From contig NC_091995.1 of assembly GCF_044704955.1 (NCBI RefSeq), forward strand, positions 26,660,001 through 26,724,000: DNA of 64,000 bases, in the 5' to 3' direction. Of this stretch, positions 39,401-51,700 are shown in pieces. The translations under genes were made by a program, and so were the position numbers. How positions within the stretch are numbered: position 1 is the stretch's first letter; every line of letters begins with the position of its first letter. Below the pieces are notes generated by a model that was not told the origin of the DNA, searched no databases, and saw nothing but the letters and a program-made list of their open reading frames with translations. This DNA comes from Pristiophorus japonicus. Its lineage: Eukaryota.

Positions 39401-40081
39401 TGTGGAAATGTATTTTTATCTAAGCTGATACCAAACGGTATTTGTGTGCCTTTTGATTAAAATGGAGTCCTGGCCCTTCCAGAACTTTCTGCATTTTAGC
39501 AGCCAGCTTATTATGAACAGCTAAACCTGCTGTTAGATGGCTGATGGTTATCAGACAGCTAGGAGACAAGTCATGCTGAGACAAGTAACCCCCCATGGTG
39601 CTCTCCTATTGTCTACACTACAGGAGTTCCATGTCACCCCACCCTTATCTTCTAGCCATTATCTCTTTCCTTTACCTCATCCATTTGAAGCAAACAGGTA
39701 AACTGACCAGGAAATGGGATAATCTGTATTCACAATACAAGACAGGTGATAGCCCATTACCTATGACTCATGGAGTAATGGCCGTTTGGCTTTCTGATAA
39801 CCCTGACAAAAGGAAATATCTTGACACCATTTCCGGACCAGGATATAGTAATTAACTCTTTATCTGTATTCACTGACTGTGAGACAGAGCAATACACAGG
39901 GAGAGGCCAGAACTTGGGTTTTACTGTATAAATATCTTGTGAAGCTGTACCATTGCGGAGGTTTCATTTTAGCCCTTGACTGAGTGAAACTTACCCCTTG
40001 CGAGCAAGTAAATTAAAAGGGAAACTTCCATCGGAGCTGTAAGTGTCGGAGTCATTCTTTTCGGAGGTCAAGATTTCGACA
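39401..40081 (+). repeat. ERV 5' LTR
   Basis: Direct repeat of 42875-43555; TATAAATA at 39927-39934 and ATTAAA at 40012-40017. Confidence 0.95.
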
Positions 40082-40086
40082 GTTAT

Positions 40087-40104
40087 TGGAGGTCCCACCG
40101 AGAT
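40087..40104 (+). promoter_or_regulatory. Primer-binding site, tRNA-Gln
   Basis: TGGAGGTCCCACCGAGAT lies 5 nt after the LTR and matches the Gln PBS as I recall it from endogenous gammaretroviruses. Confidence 0.88.
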
Positions 40105-41057
40105 GCATACTCTCTGTTCTGTGAGTAAAACGGATACAGGCATAGTGCCTCTCCAGTGAAAGGCTTCGGTGGCCAAACAAGGTGAGCCTTTGCTCACAAG
40201 AGGTTTCTTCACTGTTGAATCGCAGATGTAATCTGTTGTCCACAGCTGAGGTACTGCATCTACAAGACTCGGCATTTAAAAGTTAAAGGTATTTTTTTTA
40301 TAACCATTTCTTTCTCAGCTCGCCAGCAGAAGAGAACAGGTTCTGGAAAAAATCTCGAGACAGCCCGGGGAAGGTTTCAGTAGGTAAGGAAGCGCTAGTC
40401 GATCGAAAAGGGTTCCAGGTTCTTATATGATAAGATTTTTATTGTTTTTAATTCGGAAGGGGTTCTTATGTGATAAGACTATTAAAAGAAAAGGAAAAAA
40501 AAAAAGAAAGCGCTAATAATCGATCGAAGGTTCTTATGTGATAAGATTTTTATTGTTTTTAATTCGGAAGGGGTTCTTTTGTGATAAGACTATTAAAAAA
40601 AAAGAGCGCAATCGATCAAAGAGTTTGGGTACGGAACCTTAAGTTTTATCAGCTGTTATTAGGATAAGTTAAGGACTCGGTCTGTAGTGGCGTACAACGC
40701 AGACTGAGAATTTGTTTAGAGGTTATGATTTGTGTATTCACGGGAATATTGTTTGTTGTCCTTGTATTACTGTTGTGTGCAATACCTTTGTGAGTCATTG
40801 CCATTAGAGAAACGGGAAGAGTCACTAGGGAAAATTGTGATTCGAAAAAAAAAACACAAGGATTGATTAGGAAAAGAAACAGTAACTGATTGATCAACTA
40901 CGGTTGGTTCGTGCCAACATATCTCACACACCCAGACTGAGCCCGAATTAAGAGCCTTTTCAGGCCACGTAACGGCCAGGAGAAGTGGGCGTAGAGAACT
41001 CGGTTGGCCGAAAGGATTGTGAGATCAGAAACTGTGGGAAAATCTTAATCATCCAGA

Positions 41058-41400
41058 ATGGGTGCCGGAGCAAGTTAAAACACCACAAAAGGCACACCAG
41101 CCTATGTCATGCTCCAGAATTGTGGTCAGTCTTCAATTGACCAAAGAAACAAAAACGGTAAAGTGGACTAAGGGTGAAAACAGGCCATTTCCATCCGATG
41201 GGTCATTTAATTTAGAGAGAACAACTTGTCTCCAGGAGTGTCTTATAAACAGAGATCCAGGTAAAAAAAAAAAGGAAAGTAATAGAAAAGTCCTGGGTTC
41301 CGATTCTTCAAGCCCATGTAAAATTAACAGAGGAAGTAAATCAAATGAAAAAAAAAGAGAACCTGATAGTGACTTATGAAAAAAAAAATGAAGCTAGTAA
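41058..41400 (+). pseudogene. gag: ERV gag matrix remnant
   Basis: MGAGAS (myristoylation-type start), a stop, then GTPAYVM and KWTKG...FPSDGSFNL, resembling class-I MA. Confidence 0.6.
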
Positions 41401-42047
41401 AAGAAAAAGCTTTATTGAATGGAGAGAGACTTGTGAATGTCTTGTCTTTGAATGAGAGTGCGTGAATGTCTTGTCTTTGAATGAGAGTGCTTCTGTCTTT
41501 TTTCCTTGTGTCTGGAAACCTGTTTGGAAAAGTTGTGGAGCTGCCTGTTTGTTTTAGCTCCACCCACTTTTTCAAACAAAGTGAAGTTTTTTTTAACCCT
41601 TCATAGTGTTGTCCTGTATGTGGGAAGTTTAAGACATTTTAAGTTAGAAGCGCAGGTGTGGATTTATTCGGATGAGAGGTTACAGAGCTAGGAAATGCAC
41701 AAAGGGATAGGTTTGTTGAGACATGGTCCCGGTGGTTAAAAGTTGTAATGCCTTTTTTTTTTAAAAGCCTTTGTGGGTCTCTCGAGGTGCAGGCTGGGGG
41801 AGTACACTCTCATTGTCCTTGGTGTAAAATCTTGGTACAAAAGCTTCTAACTCAGTAGGAGGATTTTTTTGGATAAAGAGTGGCAGTACAATAATTGAAT
41901 TGGGATTTTGAGATATTTCAGGTGATCTCCTTGATCAACATTTTGAGTGTATTGGAAAAATCTTGGGTTTGGAAGCCTTTTAATAAGATTAGAAAACAAG
42001 TACTTTACATTCTGTGATCTGTGAATCACTATAAGCATAAATGAGAA

Positions 42048-42815
42048 GTCCGTGTAACACACAGATTCGTCCAGTTCAGAAGCCCACACAAATGGAGGTT
42101 TGTCCATGACCTACGAGCTGTGAATGAATCTACTATATTCTCACAATGCTTAAAGGATGTGGAATGAAGTATTCCGGAATGCTTTCCAGAATCTTAAACA
42201 GTCCCTCACTTCAGCACCAGCCTTGGGATTACCAGATTACACTAAGCTATTCAACTTATTTGTGCATCACAAGTCGGGTTTTGCACAATCTGTTTTGACT
42301 CAGTTACATGGGGACAGGCAGCGACCGGTAGCGTATTTCAGTACCCAACTAGACCCAGTGGCACGCGGACTACCAGGATGGCTTCCTTTGTTGGCAGCAG
42401 CTTATTATGCTATGCAACAGGCTCAGACAATCAAAAATGCAGAACAAGTGGAAAATCTCCTGCGAGCCATTTAATGCCCCTTAAAACTTGCCATTATCAA
42501 ATGCCAAGCACATACAGGCCAGTCGAATGAGGTGGCACTTGGGAATGCCAGAGCTGATAATGCAGCTAAGTCAGCAGCTCTGTTGAAAGGGGGGATGCAG
42601 GTGTCATTGTTCCCACTAAGGAAAAATAATTGCTCAGACCCGCCACCCACTATTAATGACGTGCTGGCCTTTCAGACACAGGCCAGTACGGAGGAGGTGG
42701 TGACCTGGACGAAGGATCAATGTTATAAAAATCCAGAAGGAATATGGGTTCACCATGACGGCCGCGTGGTGGCCCCTAGATCCTTACTTCCATGGATTGC
42801 CCGATGTGTTCATGG
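42048..42815 (+). pseudogene. pol: ERV pol remnants (RT N-terminus, tether, RNase H, integrase start) joined by deletions
   Basis: SPCNTQIRPVQKP, WRFVHDLRAVN, AFQNLKQSLTSAPALGLPDY...RPVAYFS.QLDPVARG, IIKCQAH...GNARADNAAK, GRVVAP. Confidence 0.88.
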
Positions 42816-42874
42816 AGAGACTGTACAAGATCAGAATGGATTGAGTTGTCCTTGTGAAGGACAAAATGGGGGAA

Positions 42875-43555
42875 TGTGGAAATGTATTTTTATCTAAGCT
42901 GATACCAAACGGTATTTGTGTGCCTTTTGATTAAAATGGAGTCCTGGCCCTTCCAGAACTTTCTGCATTTTAGCAGCCAGCTTATTATGAACAGCTAAAC
43001 CTGCTGTTAGATGGCTGATGGTTATCAGACAGCTAGGAGACAAGTCATGCTGAGACAAGTAACCCCCCATGGTGCTCTCCTATTGTCTACACTACAGGAG
43101 TTCCATGTCACCCCACCCTTATCTTCTAGCCATTATCTCTTTCCTTTACCTCATCCATTTGAAGCAAACAGGTAAACTGACCAGGAAATGGGATAATCTG
43201 TATTCACAATACAAGACAGGTGATAGCCCATTACCTATGACTCATGGAGTAATGGCCGTTTGGCTTTCTGATAACCCTGACAAAAGGAAATATCTTGACA
43301 CCATTTCCGGACCAGGATATAGTAATTAACTCTTTATCTGTATTCACTGACTGTGAGACAGAGCAATACACAGGGAGAGGCCAGAACTTGGGTTTTACTG
43401 TATAAATATCTTGTGAAGCTGTACCATTGCGGAGGTTTCATTTTAGCCCTTGACTGAGTGAAACTTACCCCTTGCGAGCAAGTAAATTAAAAGGGAAACT
43501 TCCATCGGAGCTGTAAGTGTCGGAGTCATTCTTTTCGGAGGTCAAGATTTCGACA
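42875..43555 (+). repeat. ERV 3' LTR
   Basis: Direct repeat of 39401-40081 at a constant offset of 3474. Confidence 0.95.
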
Positions 43556-44074
43556 ACTCTTTGCGGCAGGGAATTCCACAGGTTAACAACTCTCTGAGTG
43601 AAGAAGTTTCTCCTCATCTCAGTCCTAAATGGCCTACCCCTTATCCTAAAACTATGTCCCCTGGTTCTGGACTTCCCCAACATCGGGAACATTCTACCCG
43701 CATCTAACCTGTCCAGTCCTGTCAGAATCTGATATGTTTCTATGAGATCCCCTCTCATCCTTCTAAACTCCAATGTATAAAGGCCCAGTTGATCCAGTCT
43801 CTCCTCATATGTCAGTCCTGCCATCCCGGGAATCAGGCTGGTGAACCTTCACTGCACTCCCTCAATAGCAAGAACGTCCTTCCTCAGATTAGGAGACCAA
43901 AACTGAACACAGTATTCCAGGTGAGGCCTCACCAAGGCCCTGTACAACTGCAGTAAAACCTCCCTGCTCCTATACTCAAATCCCCTAGCTATGAAGGCCA
44001 ACATACCATTGGCCTTCTTCACCGCCTGCTGTACCTGTATGCCAACTTTCAAAGACTGATGAACTATGACACCG

Positions 44075-44490
44075 ATTACATGCAGCAGGCTCAACATCGC
44101 CGAAGGAATGTTCCACTGCATTATGTATCGAATGTAAGACGTGACAGACAGATGAGGAGGACCAGACGTTACACCCCCCACAAGTACAAAGAGAAGCATT
44201 TTTACCTCGACTTGCCTGACACCACCTGCCTTCGGAGACTGCGCTTCCGCAAAGAGGTTATCAGTGAGGTATGCCAGCTGATGAGGACAGTTCTGTAGCC
44301 AGCCAGCACCATCAGTACTGCACTGTCCGTCGAGGTCAAAGTCACAGCAGCACTGTTGTTCTACGCCTCGGGTTCTTTTCAGGCCACAGCTGGAGACATT
44401 TGTGGACTTTCTCAGCATGCCATATATTGCTGTATTAGACAGGTCACTGAAGCCCTGAATGCACGCAGGAGGGACTTGATCAGCGTCCAT
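44075..44490 (+). pseudogene. Harbinger transposase N-terminal half (HTH region), on the opposite strand to the C-terminal half
   Basis: YLDLPDTTCLRRLRFRKE...ALSVEVKVTAALLFYASGSFQ...GLSQ...CIRQVTEAL..RRDLIS. Confidence 0.85.
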
Positions 44491-45744
44491 AACGCTGTGA
44501 TTCGTTCCGGTTAGTTACACTTTTTCTGGGTGTTTTTTTGGGCGAGCGATATTGTGGACGATATGTGTGCGAGGTGGTGAAGTTGACACAGGGCAATTTC
44601 TTGGCCGCTAGTTTCGGTAAATATGCTCTTTACGACAAAAGAAAGTGGGCGGGCGTTAATATTGAATCTCGGCATTAAATCTGTGCGGAAAGTAACGCTG
44701 GGAGATATTATGGGCGTTGAATTCGCCCATTCTGCTGATTCAGCCTCAAAAAGTGGGCGCGCGGTAATATTTTTTCTAGGCGTTAAGCACATGGGGAAAG
44801 TAATGCTTGGTGATAAATTTCCCAAAAATTCCCGGCAGTTTCCATTTTGTGCCAAATGGGTGATTTATCGGCGTTGTACATAATTTCAGCGGTAAAATGG
44901 GCGTTAAGTAGGCGTTAAGCATGCAAAAAAAGTGGAGTTTCTAGCCCTTGGACCACGTACAGTAGACACCTCAAGTCGCTGGAGAAATACCACCAACAAT
45001 GTCTCCGCTAGATCCTACAAATCCCCTGGGTGGACAGACGCACCAACATCAACATCCTTGACCAGACCAACATCCAAGGCATCAAAGCACTGAGCACACT
45101 TGATCACCTCTGCTGGGTAGGCCACATAGTTCGCATGCCAGACACGAGACTCCCAAAGCATGCGCTCTACTCGGAACTCCTTCATGGCAAACGAGCCAAA
45201 GGTGGGCAGTGGAAACATTACAAGGTCACCCTCAAAACCTCCATGATAAAGTGCAACATCCTCACTGATACCTGGGAGACCCTGGCCTAAGACTGCCCTA
45301 AGTGGAGGAAGTGCATCCGGGAGGGCGCTGAGCACTTCGAGTTTCGTCACCGAGAGCATGCAGGAATCAAGCGCAGGCAGCGGAAGGAGCGTGCGGCAAA
45401 CGAGTCCCACCCACCCCTTCCCTCAACGACTATCTGTCCCACCTGTGACAGAGATTGTGGTTCTCATATTGGACTGTACAGCACCTAAGAACTCATGTTA
45501 AGAGTGGAAGCAAGTCTTCCTCGATTCTGATGGGACTGCCTATGATGATGATAACAGTGCCTTTCATGACCTCATGACGTCCCAAGCGCTTCGTTTCCAA
45601 TGAAGTCCTTCTGAAGTGCAGCCACTGTTGTTTATTTCTGCTCTTTATTCTATTGTCCATATTCTAGCAGCTGCAAACATGTGAATACATCCTGCCATTA
45701 GATGGAGAGCAAGAGCAATTCTTTCTGAAGAACTTTCTCACAGG

Positions 45745-48700
45745 CATTTTGATTTAAAGGGAAGGGTGCAATTTTATTTATTGTTGGAAAGGGATGACTG
45801 CAAATTTATTTATTGATTTAAAGGGAAAGTTGCAAACTTATTTATTGATTTAAAGGGATGGGTGCACATTTATTTATTGCTTAAAGGGACGGGTGAAGAT
45901 GTATTTATTGATTTGAAGGGAAGGTTGCAAATATATTTACTAATTTAAAGGGACGGGTGCAAATTTAGTAATTCATTTTGGGTGCCAATTTATTTATTGA
46001 ATTAAAGGGAACGCGTGAAAATTTGTTTATTGATTTAAACGGATGGGTGCACATTTATTTATTGATTTTAAGGGGTGGGTGCACATTTACTTGTTGATTT
46101 AAAAGGAAGGTTGCCCATTTATTTATTGATCGATTTAATGGGAAGATTGCAAATGTATTTATTGATTTAATGGGAAGATTGCAAACGTATTTATTGATTT
46201 AAAGGAAAGAGTGAAAATTATTAGTTGACTTCAAGGGAAGGGGACAAATTAATTTATTGATTTAAAGGGATGGTGCACATTTACTTTATTGATTTATAAA
46301 GAGAAGTTTGCAAATGTATTTATTGATGTAAAGTGATGGGTGCACATTTATTTATTGATTAAATTGATGTGTGAAAATGTATTTATTGATGTAAAGGGAA
46401 GGTTGCACATTTATTTATTGAGTTAAAGGGAAGGTTGCAAACTTATTTATTGATGTAACGGGAAAGTTGCACATTTATTTATTGATTAAAGGGACGGCTG
46501 CAAATCTATTTATTGATTAAAGGGAAGGGAGCAAACTTATTTATAGATTTAAAGGGATGGGTGCAAATTTATTGATTGATTTAAAGGGGAGGGCACAACT
46601 TTATTTATTGATTTAAAGGGAAGGGTGCAATTTTATTTATTGATTAAAGGGTTGGGAGAAAAAGTATTCATTGAAATAAAAGGTGGGTTAATATTTTATT
46701 TATTAATTTAAAGGGAAGGTTCCAACTTATTTATTGATTTAAAGGGACGGCTGCAAATTTAGTAATTTATTTTAATTTAAAGGGATGAATGCACATTTAT
46801 TTATTGGTTTAAAGGGATGTGTGCAAATTTATTTAATTGATTAAAATGAAAGTTTGCAAACTTATTTTTTGATTTGAAGGGATGATGCAAATTTATTTAT
46901 TGACTTAAGGGAAGCGAACAAGTTTATTTATTGATTAAAAGGATGGGTGCAAATATATTTATTGACTGAAGGGGAAGATGCAAAAAAAATTAATTGATTT
47001 AAAGGAATGGGGACACATTTATTTATTGATTTAAAGGAAGTGTTCACATTTATTTATTAATTTAAAGGGATGGTTGCAAACGTATTTATTGATTAAAGGG
47101 ATGGGTGCAAATATATTTATTCACTTGAAGGGAATGTTGCAAATTTAGCGATTGATTTAAAGGGAAGGTTGCAAACTTATTTCTTGATTAAAAGTGATAT
47201 AACATTTAATTATTGGTTAAAGGGATGGGTACAAATTTATTTATTTATTCAAGTTTATAAACTTATAAGTTTATAAGTTTATAAACTTATTTATTGAATT
47301 CAAGGGATGGGTGCACATTTATTTATGGCTTTAAAGGGATGGGTGCTGTTATATATGTAAACCTGTATATACCTTGTGTAGCCACCAGAGAGCTCATCCC
47401 CTGGAGTCCAAGAGACCCCACAATCCCTTGGGAGCACAGGTACTTAAGGAGGCCTCACAGGCTGGAGAGGCACTCTGGAGACCTGCAATAAAAGACTAAG
47501 GTCACACTTTACTTTGAGCTGACAGTATCCAGTTAGACTCATTATTCATACATAACAACTGGCGATGAAATACAGATGACGAACCCAACGATGCAGAGAA
47601 CAATGGACATCCTGGAGAAATTCTCAGAGGGAGATGATTGGGAAACCTTTGTGGAGTGATCCGAGTAATACTTAATGGCCAAATGAGCTGGAAGGAGAAG
47701 CGAATGCTGCCAAACGAAGGGCGATTCTCCTCACCGTCTGCGGGCCACCAGCATATGGCCTCATGAAAAATCTGCTTGTTCCAGCGAAACCCACAGAGAA
47801 ATCGTACGATGATTTGTGCACACTGGTCTGGGAGCATCTGAACCTGAAGGAAAGCGATCTGATGGCGAGGTACCGGTTCTACACCTACAAGAGGTCTGAA
47901 GGCCAGGAAGTGCGAGTTATGTCGCCGAGCTAAGACTTCTTGCAGGAAATTACGAATTTGAAGGATATTTGGAGCAGATGCTCAGAGACATTTTTGAACA
48001 TGGCATTGGCCATGAAGTGCTACTTTGCAAACTTTTGACTGCAGAAACCCCAACCTTGAGTAAAGCCATAGCGATAGCCCAGGCATTCATTGCCACCAGC
48101 GACAATACTATCAAATCTCTCAGCACACGAGTGCTGCTACAAGTACTGTGAATAAAGTGACTTTGTTTTCAAAGTGCAGCGTACAGGGCATGCCCCACAT
48201 GCCTGCAGCTGCACGTCCACAGATGTCTCAGAGTCCACCATCAAGGGTGATGAATGCAAGGCCATTAGCACCTTGTTGGCGCTGCAGGGGTGATCATCAT
48301 TTCCATTCATGCCGATTCAAAGAGTACGTTTGCAAGGGCTGTGGAACAAAGGGACACTTCCAACGTATGTGCAGGGGAGCGGCAAACCCTGTTAATCCTG
48401 CAAACCACCATGTTGCAGAGGAGGACAGATCCACGGCGGATCACAATGAACCAGAGCCTCAGACTGAGGAGACAGAGGTATACGGGGTGCACACATTTAC
48501 CACAAAGTGTCCACGGATAATGCTGAAGGTTGAATTAAATAGACGCCCGGTGTCAATGGAGCTGGACACGGGTGTGAGCCAGTCCATTATGAGCAAAAAG
48601 ACTTTCGATAAATTGTGGTGCAGCAAGGCCTCAAGGCTGGTTTTGACTCCCATTTGCATGAAACTGAGAACTTACACAAAGGAATTGATTCCCATAATCG

Positions 48701-51700
48701 GCAGTGCTACAGTAAAGGTCTCCTACGATGGAGAGGTGCACAAGCTACCACTCTGGGTGATTCCAGGTGATGGTCCCACGCTGCTCGGCAGGAGCTGGCT
48801 GGGAAAGCTACGCTGGAACTGGGACGATGTCCGAGCACTCTCGTCCGCTGATGACACTTCGTGTGCCCAGGTCTTAAACAAGTTCCCTTCGCTGTTCGAA
48901 CCAGGCATTGGGAAGTTCCAAGGAGCAAAAGTGCAGATCCACCTAATTCCGGGGGCGCGACCCATCCATCACAAGGCGAGAGCAGTACTGTACATGATGT
49001 GAGAAAGGATCGAGATTGAGCTGGACCGGCTGCAATGAGAGGGCATCATTTCGCCGATCGAATTCAATGAGTGGGTCAGTCCTATTGTCCCATTCCTCAA
49101 GGGAGATGGCACCGTCAGAATCTGTGGTGATTACAAAGTAACTATCAATCGTTTCTCCCTGCAGGATCAATACCCACTACCAAAGGCTGATGACGTTTTT
49201 GCAACGCTGGCGGGAGGAAAGATGTTCAAGAAGCTGGACTTGACCTCGGCCTACATGAAGCAGGAGCTGGAGGAATCATCGAAGGGCCTCACCTGCATCA
49301 ACACACACAAAGGTCTCTTCATTTACAACAGATGCCCGTTTGGGATTCGATCAGCCCCGGCGATATTCCAGAGAAACATGGAAAGCCTACTGAAGTCAGT
49401 CCCATGTACGGTGGTATTCCAGGACGTCATCTTGGTTACAGGTCGGGTCACAGTCGAGCATCTGCAGAACTTGGAGGAGGTTCTTAGTCGACTCAACCTC
49501 GTGGAGCTCACATTAAAATGCTTGAAGTGCATTTTCCTGGCACCTGAAGTGGAGTTCCTGGGGAGAAGAATCGCAGCGGACGGCATCAAGCCCACCGATT
49601 CGAAGACGGAGGCAATCAAGAACGCACCGAGGCCACAGAATGTGACGAAGCTGCAGTCGTTTCTAGGACTCCTGAACTACTTTGGTAACTTCTTACTGGG
49701 TCTCAGCACACTGTTAGAACCACTGCACGCCTTACTGCGTAAAGGAGATGAATGGGAATGGGGCAAAAGCCAATAAAATGCCTTTGTAAAAGCTAGAATA
49801 TTGTTATGCTCAAACAAATTGCTTGTGTTGTATGATCCACGTAAGCGTTTGGTACTAGCATGTGATGTGTCGTCGTACGGCGTTGGGTGTGTATTGCAAT
49901 AACCTAATGAATTTGGGAAATTGCAACCAGTTACTTATGCATCCAGAGGTCTGTCTAAGACTGAGAGAGCATACAGCCTGATTGAAAAAGAAGCATTAGC
50001 GTGTGTTTATGGGGTAAAGAAAATGCATCAATATCTGTTTGGGCTCAAATTTGAATTGGAAACTGACCATAAGCCACTGATATCCCTCTTTTCTGAAAGT
50101 AAGGGGATAAATACGAATGCATCGACCCGCATCCAGAGATGGGCGCTCGCATTACCCCATACAACTACGCCATGCACCACAGGCCAGGCACAGAAAACTG
50201 TGCCGATGCTCTCAGTAGACTGCCATTGCCCACCACGGGGGTGGAAATGGCCCAGCCGCAGATTCGAGAGTGAACAATCACCCGTCACAGCCCGACAGAT
50301 TAGAACGTGGACGAGCCAGTACCCCTTACTGTCCCTAATAAAAAATTGCGTGCTTCGCGGGAGCTGGTCCCATGTCCCAGTGGAAATGCAGGAAGAGATA
50401 AAGTCGTACCAGCGGCGCAAAGATGAAATGTCTTTACAGGCAGACTGCATTCTCTGGGGTAATCGCGTAGTGGTCCCCAAGAAGGGCAGGGACACTTTCA
50501 TCAGTGACCTCCACAGTGCTCACCCAGGCATTGTAATGATGAAAGCGATAGTCAAATCCCACGTGTGGTGGCCCAGTATCGATGCGGACTTAGAGTCCTG
50601 CGTGCACAAATGTAACACATGCTCGCAGTTAAGCAATGCAGCCAGGTCTTGGCCCAAAGCGTGATCCAGGGTCCATGTCGACTATGCAGGCCCGTCTTTG
50701 GGTAAAATATTCCTTGTGGTTGTCGATGCATACTCCAAATGGATTGAATGTGAGATAATGTCGGCAAGCACGTCTGCTGCCACCACTGAAAGCCTGCGGG
50801 CCATATTTGCCACGCACGGACTGCCTAATGTCCTTGTGAGCGACAACGGGCCATGTTTCACCAGTGCCGAGTTCAAGGAGTTCATGACCCGTAATGGGAT
50901 CAAACATATTACATCTGCCCCGTTCAAACCAGCATCCAATGGTCAGACAGAGAGAGCAGTGCAAACTATCAAGCAGGGCTTGAAGAGTGTAACTGAAGGC
51001 TCACTGCAGACTCGCCTATCCCGAGTCCTGCTTGGCTACCGCATGAGACCCCACACGCTCACTGGGATTCCACCTGCTGAACTGCTCATGAAAAGGGCAC
51101 TTTAGACAAGGCTCTCGTTAGTTCACCCTGATCTACAAGAACAGGTAGAGAGCAGGTGGCTTCAACAAAGTATATATCATGATAGTGCAAATGTGTCAAG
51201 CGAAATTGAAATCAATGATCCTGTATTTGTGTTGAACTATGGACAAGGTCCCAAGTGGCTTCCTGGCACTATTGTGGCCAAAGAGGGGGGCAGGGTGTTT
51301 CGGGTCAAACTTCAAATGGACTCATTCACCGGAAACACTCGGACCAAATCAAACTCAGATTCTCGGACTATCCAGAGCAACCCACTTTGGACCCTACCTT
51401 CTTTGAGCCCCCAACATACACACCAGTGGCAACCGGCACCGCAGTTGGCCACGAAGCAGAGCCCATCACCCGCAGCAGCCCAGCAGGACTCACCACACCA
51501 GGCAGCCCAGCAAGGCCAGCTGCACAGCAGCCCAGCGAGGGCCCAACATATGACTCACCAAAACCAGCATTTGCACCGAGATGATCAACCAGGGAAAGAA
51601 AGGCCCCAGATCGACTCACCTTGTAAATAGTTACACTGTTGACTTTGTGGGGGGGGAGTGTTGTTATATATGTAAACCTGTATATACCTTGTGTAGCCAC

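Larger units (their letters stand above)
39401..43555 (+). mobile_element. Defective class-I (epsilon/gamma-like) endogenous retrovirus, 4155 bp
   Basis: Two 681-bp TG...CA LTRs, 4-bp TSD ACTC (39397-39400, 43556-43559), PBS at 40087, PPT AAAATGGGGGAA at 42863-42874, and gag and pol remnants. Confidence 0.93.
39200..44072 (-). mobile_element. CR1 3' fragment (39200-39400 + 43556-44072) split by the ERV
   Basis: GGCATCAACAACTC|TTTGCGGCAGGGAATTCC is continuous across the ERV; tail at ~39200-39240. Confidence 0.9.
36755..44947. mobile_element. PIF/Harbinger DNA transposon, internally rearranged
   Basis: TIRs GGGCTAGAA / TTCTAGCCC, 3-bp flanks ATG / TTG. It interrupts the RTE at the ETW codons and contains transposase remnants. 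Confidence 0.85.
34986..45553 (+). mobile_element. RTE-clade LINE (34986-36754 + 44948-45553) inserted in a DeuSINE 3' end
   Basis: ORF2 fragments at 35225-36761 (LLPESQCGF, LLYGSETW) continue at 44948. (TGA)n tail and a perfect 12-bp TSD ACAGTGCCTTTC at 34974-34985 and 45554-45565. Confidence 0.92.

Noticed and set aside
39595-39855. 86-aa ORF duplicated at 43069-43329 as a viral accessory gene
   Set aside because: It is duplicated only because it lies in the LTR, and it has no recognisable motif. It cannot be supported without conservation data.
40087-40104. tRNA-Gln gene
   Set aside because: Only an 18-nt complement including the CCA end, next to an LTR: a PBS, not a gene.
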